From positions 1 through 10,613 of the forward strand of contig NW_021827351.1 in assembly GCF_006345805.1 (NCBI RefSeq): a stretch of DNA of 10,613 nt. Reading direction: 5' to 3'. Source of the stretch: Octopus sinensis (taxonomy: Eukaryota). Positions 7,140 to 10,613 of the stretch are shown piece by piece. The notes under the pieces are model-generated. The model did not search any database. It was not told the origin of the DNA and saw nothing but the letters and a program-made list of their open reading frames with translations. Numbering within the stretch: position 1 is the stretch's first letter; each line of letters opens with the position of its first letter. Made by a program: the position numbers and the translations under genes.

Positions 7140-7244
7140 ACAATTTAACATTTCGTTTCGTGGACCTAAAACCACCCCATCCCCCACCCCCAGAATTTTA
7201 TATGGACCCTCAGGGGCCGTATGGACTCTGGTTGAGAACCACTG
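7140..7244 (+). mobile_element. hAT MITE right end
   Basis: GGTTGAGAACCACTG (7230-7244) is the reverse complement of CAGTGGTTCTCAACC. Three TGGAC(C/T) subterminal repeats. The following 8-mer GACTACGA has a central TA. Confidence 0.65.
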
Positions 7245-7282
7245 GACTACGACAACTGCAGGTTTCATTTCAGCCCGTGCGC

Positions 7283-7512
7283 TTTACTCTTTTACTCTCT
7301 TTTACTCTTTTACTTGTTTCAGTCATTTGACTGTGGCCATGCTGGAGCACCGCCTGCCTTTAGTCGAGCAACTCGACCCCCGGGACTTATTCTTTGTAAG
7401 CCCAGTACTTATTCTATCGGTCTCTTTTTGCCGAACCGCTAAGTGACGGGACGTAAACACACCCTCATCGGTTGTCAAGCAATGCTAGGGAGGACAAATA
7501 CAGACACACAAA
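7283..7512 (-). mobile_element. SINE 3' module, inverted copy
   Basis: (TTTTACTC)n tail on plus, and homology to 6908-7130. Followed by (CA)n(TA)n. Confidence 0.8.
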
Positions 7513-7527
7513 CACACACCACACACC

Positions 7528-7565
<38 letters not shown>

Positions 7566-7578
7566 ATATCCATATATA

Positions 7579-7638
7579 GGGAGAATTACAAAAAAAACAA
7601 GACGAAGACAGCTGGTGTAGACAATAAACGATGTATTA

Positions 7639-7684
<46 letters not shown>

Positions 7685-7870
7685 AGAATTCACAAAAAAT
7701 AAAAGACGAAGACAGGTGGTGTAGAAAGCAAACAGATGTATTAGTATAACGCTCGGGAAGTGAAAAAGTTTTCAACGTTTCAAGCCTACGCTCTTCCACA
7801 GAAAGGAACACAGAAAAAAAAAAACAAGGAGAGAAAATAAAGTATGTGTATTGGCTAGCGATACACATGC
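7579..7870 (-). mobile_element. PLE pseudo-LTR-like module (family 1) with a partial tandem duplication
   Basis: Homologous to 1393-1640. A ~64-bp direct repeat at 7579-7641 and 7682-7746 is separated by (TA)n. Confidence 0.6.
7769..7806 (-). ncRNA. Minimal type I HHR-like motif, family 1, core CUGUGGA(A)
   Basis: Minus strand CCUUU-CUGUGGA-A-GAGC-GUAG-GCUU-GAA-ACGU-U-GAAAA. Stem I is only about 3 bp in this copy. Confidence 0.45.
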
Positions 7871-7873
7871 ACA

Positions 7874-8255
7874 GTGGAGGCGCAATGGCCCAGTGGTTAG
7901 GGCAGCGGATTCGCGGTCGTAGGATCGCGGTTTCGATTCCCAGACCGGGCGTTGTGAGTGTTTATTGAGCGAAAACACCTAAAAGCTCCACGAGGCTCCG
8001 GCAGGGATGGTGGTGATCCCTGCTGTACTCTTTCACCACAACTTTCTCTCACTCTTACTTCCTGTTTCTGTTGTACCTGTATTAAAGGGCCGGCCTTGTC
8101 CCACTCTCTTGTCACGCTGAATATCCCCGAGAACTACGTTAAGGGTACACGTGTCTGTGGAGTGCTCAGCCACTTACACGTTAATTTCACGAGCAGGCTG
8201 TTCCGTTGATTCGGATCAACCGGAACCCTCGTCGTCGTAACCGGAGTGCTTCCTC
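7874..8255 (+). mobile_element. Full-length tRNA-derived SINE (tRNA-Arg-like head) with TSD
   Basis: A box TGGCCCAGTGG (7886-7896) and B box GGTTTCGATTCCC (7929-7941). 11-bp TSD ACACATGCACA at 7863-7873 and 8256-8266. Internal hairpin GCAGGGAT/ATCCCTGC and 3' hairpin at 8200-8226. Resembles the octopus OR-type SINEs, but the family was not verified. Confidence 0.85.
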
Positions 8256-8475
8256 ACACATGCACAAACACACACACACACACACACACACCATGTATCC
8301 GAGGTTTGTTCCAAAAGTTTTAAGGTAGATTATTGTAAAATTTCGTATATCATTAGTATATGTCTAATAAGCTGACCTGCCAACTTTTGTTATTCCAGAT
8401 CGAAGAAGACAGCTGTAACAGCACTTTGAAGACACCTTTCTAAAAACTGTTTGCCACAGCTGACTCGTTCGCAGA

Positions 8476-8654
8476 ATGCAATCGGAACGCGAAGAGAATT
8501 TGGAAGTTCGTTATGCAATGAAGTCTTGTGTTTCACAGGGCAAAAATGCCAGAGAAACTTATGAAATGCTCCAGCCTGGTCATAGATTAACTTTTTCGGT
8601 AGCACAAGAGAGTCAAAAACGGTTGAGAGGAGGTAAGAGGCGATGAGAAGTGTG
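8476..8654 (+). pseudogene. Mariner transposase N-terminal HTH, segment 1
   Basis: MQSEREENLEVRYAMKSCVSQGKNARETYEMLQ, then after a deletion or frameshift FR*HKRVKNG*EEVRGDEKC. This matches the mariner pattern RYAIKF..GK.A.ETY.ML...F.WHKRFK.GRE.V.D. Confidence 0.8.
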
Positions 8655-8657
8655 AAT

Positions 8658-9790
8658 GTTAGTTAGTTAGTTAATTTGGCTCAAAAGCAAATAGCAAGGC
8701 CATGTAGGGGGACATGGAGTTAAGTACAGGGTGGTGTTCATGTAAAGAGTTCAGGCCACTTGAGGTCCAGGGAGGCTTTGAACAAAGCGGTCGTCGGCAT
8801 CTTCACCATCTCGTCTGGCAGCTTGTTCCACGGATCCGCAACCCGGACGGAGAAAGCTCCTCTCCTTCGATTGAGATGAAATCGTCGCAGGTAGAGCTTT
8901 TCGGAATGACCCCGCAGCCGACGCTCCGGAGCAGGAGTGAAGAACAGCTCATTCGAGAGGTTACACTTTCCGCTTATGATGTTGTGGGCGAGAATGAGAT
9001 CACCACGGCGGCGGCGTTTTTCAAGAGAATAAATGTCGAGCGTCCTCAGCCTTTCTTCGTAGGACAAATTTTTGAGACCATGAACCATGCGGGTAGCCAG
9101 CCTCTGGACTCTTTCGAGATGCTGTATGTCTTTGAGGAGATAAGGAGAAGAGGCTTGAATCCCATACTCCAATATGGGTCTCACCAGCGTGACATAGAGT
9201 GGTAGGAATATGGCTGCTGTGAGCATTCCGAATGACCGTCGAATCAAAACAGAATTCCGCGCGCTTTGTTGGCAGCATGGACGCACTGGGCCGAAGGCGA
9301 AAAGGAGGAATCCACCAGATACCCAGGTCCTTTACCTGATCGGTCCTCTCTCAGCAGCAGACGACCCGGCTCGAAATCAATTGAGTTGCAGGAGTAGAGC
9401 CGACAGGCAGATGACAGCACTTTGACACGTTCAGACACAGCTCCCAATCGTTAGACCACTTCCAAATTTGGTGGAGGCATCGACGAAGATCCTCTATACT
9501 ACCGCGAGGAGCGACCAGTTTGATATCGTGGCAAATAGAAGGGTGTGTTGCGTGAGGTCGTCGGGCAAGTCATTTATGAAGACTAAGAACAACAAGGGCC
9601 CAAGCACTGAACCTTGAGGCCGCCACTGCTCGCACTGGAGACGTCGGACCGCGAACCATTAACTTGAACTTGGAAGGAGCGATCTGAGAGGAAGGCACCA
9701 ACCCATCGTACAATATCCGGATGGAAACTATATGCTTGAAGCTTGACAAGTAGTAGGCGGTGGTTTACCGAGTCAAAAGCTTTGGCAAAA
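8658..9790 (-). mobile_element. 5'-truncated CR1-clade LINE inserted antisense into the mariner
   Basis: RT and C-terminal domain, ~65-nt 3' UTR with stem-loop CCATGT-CCCCCT-ACATGG (8700-8717), (TAAC)4 tail (8658-8673), and 2-nt microhomology at the 5' junction (9789-9790). Confidence 0.9.
8738..9789 (-). pseudogene. CR1-type ORF2 reverse transcriptase C-terminal half, frameshifted
   Basis: FAKAFDSVNHRLLLVKL...G[V]PQGSVLGPLLFLVFINDLP...LFA[D]DIKL...W.L.LNVSKC...VKDLGI...LYVTLVRPILEY...YEERL...RRRRGDLI...RGH...FSVRVADPWNKLP. About six small indels break the frame. Confidence 0.92.
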
Positions 9791-9935
9791 GGATGTCAGA
9801 ACATCAGGGCTGGTTGGGGACATTTACAATTTTCCGAAAGAAGACCGTTTTGTGTCTATGAAGACAAAGATCCAGTTTGGAGTCGGTGCGGAAATGGTAC
9901 ACAGAATTATTCATGAGGAACTGAACATGCACAAA
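9789..9935 (+). pseudogene. Mariner transposase segment 2 (second HTH)
   Basis: KDVRTSGLVGDIYNFPKEDRFVSMKTKIQFGVGAEMVHRIIHEELNMHK matches the mariner pattern EDRR.S....G.S...VHRI.HE.L.MRK. Confidence 0.8.
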
Positions 9936-9952
9936 AATCATATATATATATA

Positions 9953-10349
9953 TCTTTATATATAAAAGTCAAGTTGTGTGTCTGTCTCCTACGATTTAGA
10001 TTCCAACTACTCTCCCACATTTTGCGGTGCAGTTTAACCAAAAAACCGGGTATCTTATAGTCGTGATTCATATCGAGCCCTTCTGGGTATTAGCGCGCGT
10101 CTACGATGAGTCTACGATTAAAAAAAAAAATTACCATAATTTTTCCATTTGAATGCATTTTTTTCGCTATTATATAGGGAAGTAACTCTCTAAAAATGTC
10201 TACGATGAGTCAACGATTTAAAAAAAATTTACCATAATTTTTTTCCATTTTTAATGCATTTTTTTGCTATTTTTTGGCTATAACTCTCTAAAAATGCTTA
10301 TATAGTTATTTCCCTTACAAACCCGAGCAACGCCGGGCGATACTGCTAG
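9953..10349 (+). mobile_element. Non-autonomous Helitron, ~397 bp
   Basis: 5' TC (TCTTTATATATAAAAG) preceded by A and 3' CTAG followed by T. GC hairpin CCCG(A)GC-AAC-GCCGGG at 10322-10337, 8 nt before the CTAG. No TSD. Confidence 0.8.
10099..10295. repeat. ~99-bp tandem duplication inside the Helitron
   Basis: The unit GTCTACGATGAGTC...TAACTCTCTAAAAAT occurs at 10099-10197 and 10198-10295. Confidence 0.85.
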
Positions 10350-10464
10350 TTTTATTTAATTTGCTTTGCAGGAGCAACTATTTTATCGAAAGCGTATATT
10401 GTTGTTAAATACTCGAAATACGAGATTAGAAAAACAGCCAACAACTGATGAAGGGTCATTCTTT
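10350..10464 (+). mobile_element. Family 3 PLE-terminal-like fragment inserted in the mariner
   Basis: Homology to minus 2110-2165; CTGATGA at 10445-10451. Its (TA)n left part (9940-9952) lies on the other side of the Helitron. Confidence 0.5.
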
Positions 10465-10539
10465 ATTTGCGCAAAGTTTGTTCCATGGGTGTTCAGCAAT
10501 GAGCGTCCCGGTGACCAACTACTTGACAGAGATGGGCCT
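10465..10539 (+). pseudogene. Mariner transposase segment 3 with a large internal deletion
   Basis: ICAKFVPWVFSNE (the WVP-type linker motif) is fused to VTNYLTEMG (10511-10537, different frame), which normally precedes the YSPDL motif. Most of the catalytic domain is missing. Confidence 0.7.
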
Positions 10540-10613
10540 CAGGGGCGGATTCAGTGGGAGGCTGAGGGGCACGTTCTTCCCTCAAGAAAAGAAATGCGCC
10601 CTTCTAAATAATG
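10540..10613 (+). mobile_element. Probable left end of another hAT-type element, running off the window
   Basis: Abrupt switch from transposase codons to CAGGGGCGGATTCAG, a typical hAT terminus. The other end is not visible. Confidence 0.45.

Larger units (their letters stand above)
8296..10539 (+). mobile_element. Degraded mariner (Tc1/mariner) element split by nested insertions
   Basis: Left TIR-like TATCCGAGGTTTGTTCCAAAAGTT near 8296-8320. Transposase pieces occur in correct order on either side of each insert (see pseudogene segments). Confidence 0.8.

Noticed and set aside
7160-7192. C-rich tract that could form a minus-strand G-quadruplex
   Set aside because: Only three long G-runs plus a GG; it lies within a MITE remnant.
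7876-7950. tRNA gene
   Set aside because: A and B boxes are present, but the acceptor and anticodon stems are degenerate, and it continues into a SINE body flanked by an 11-bp TSD.
8714-9425. 163-aa and 71-aa plus-strand ORFs
   Set aside because: Antisense shadows of the GC-rich CR1 ORF2.
10366-10611. 81-aa ORF behind a good splice acceptor (TTTGCAG at 10365-10371) as an exonised TE chimera
   Set aside because: It starts at TTG and is a patchwork of the family 3 fragment, 13 mariner codons and a hAT end. An open frame of this length is expected by chance and there is no expression evidence.
1-10613. CRISPR array or prokaryotic operon
   Set aside because: There is no regularly spaced 23-50-nt repeat with unique spacers, and no prokaryotic gene density; all repeats are microsatellites or eukaryotic TEs.

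Overview
AT-rich, repeat-saturated eukaryotic window, probably intronic or intergenic. The SINE sequences and microsatellite density point to an octopus or other coleoid cephalopod; this is recognition from memory, not a database check. There is no intact protein-coding gene, and most listed ORFs are translations of (CATA)n, (GATA)n or (TA)n microsatellites. The real coding remnants are: a Penelope-like element (PLE) with Cys-linker and GIY-YIG endonuclease (minus, ~5506-6050); a 5'-truncated CR1-clade LINE RT (minus, 8658-9790); and a mariner transposase split into three pieces (8476-10539) by nested insertions (the CR1, plus a PLE-type fragment that itself carries a non-autonomous Helitron). 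tRNA-derived SINEs, hAT MITEs and inverted repeats are also present. The most unusual signal is a set of minimal type I hammerhead ribozyme (HHR) folds in short PLE-terminal-repeat-like modules, mostly embedded in (TA)n. One has a canonical core (5177-5223), one family has an A6U core (1474-1510, 7769-7806), and one has the catalytic C3-G8 tertiary pair swapped to G3-C8 (2256-2302, inside a ~290 bp foldback). Two weak candidate host exons are also noted: a 4-nt microexon and a 54-nt exon.
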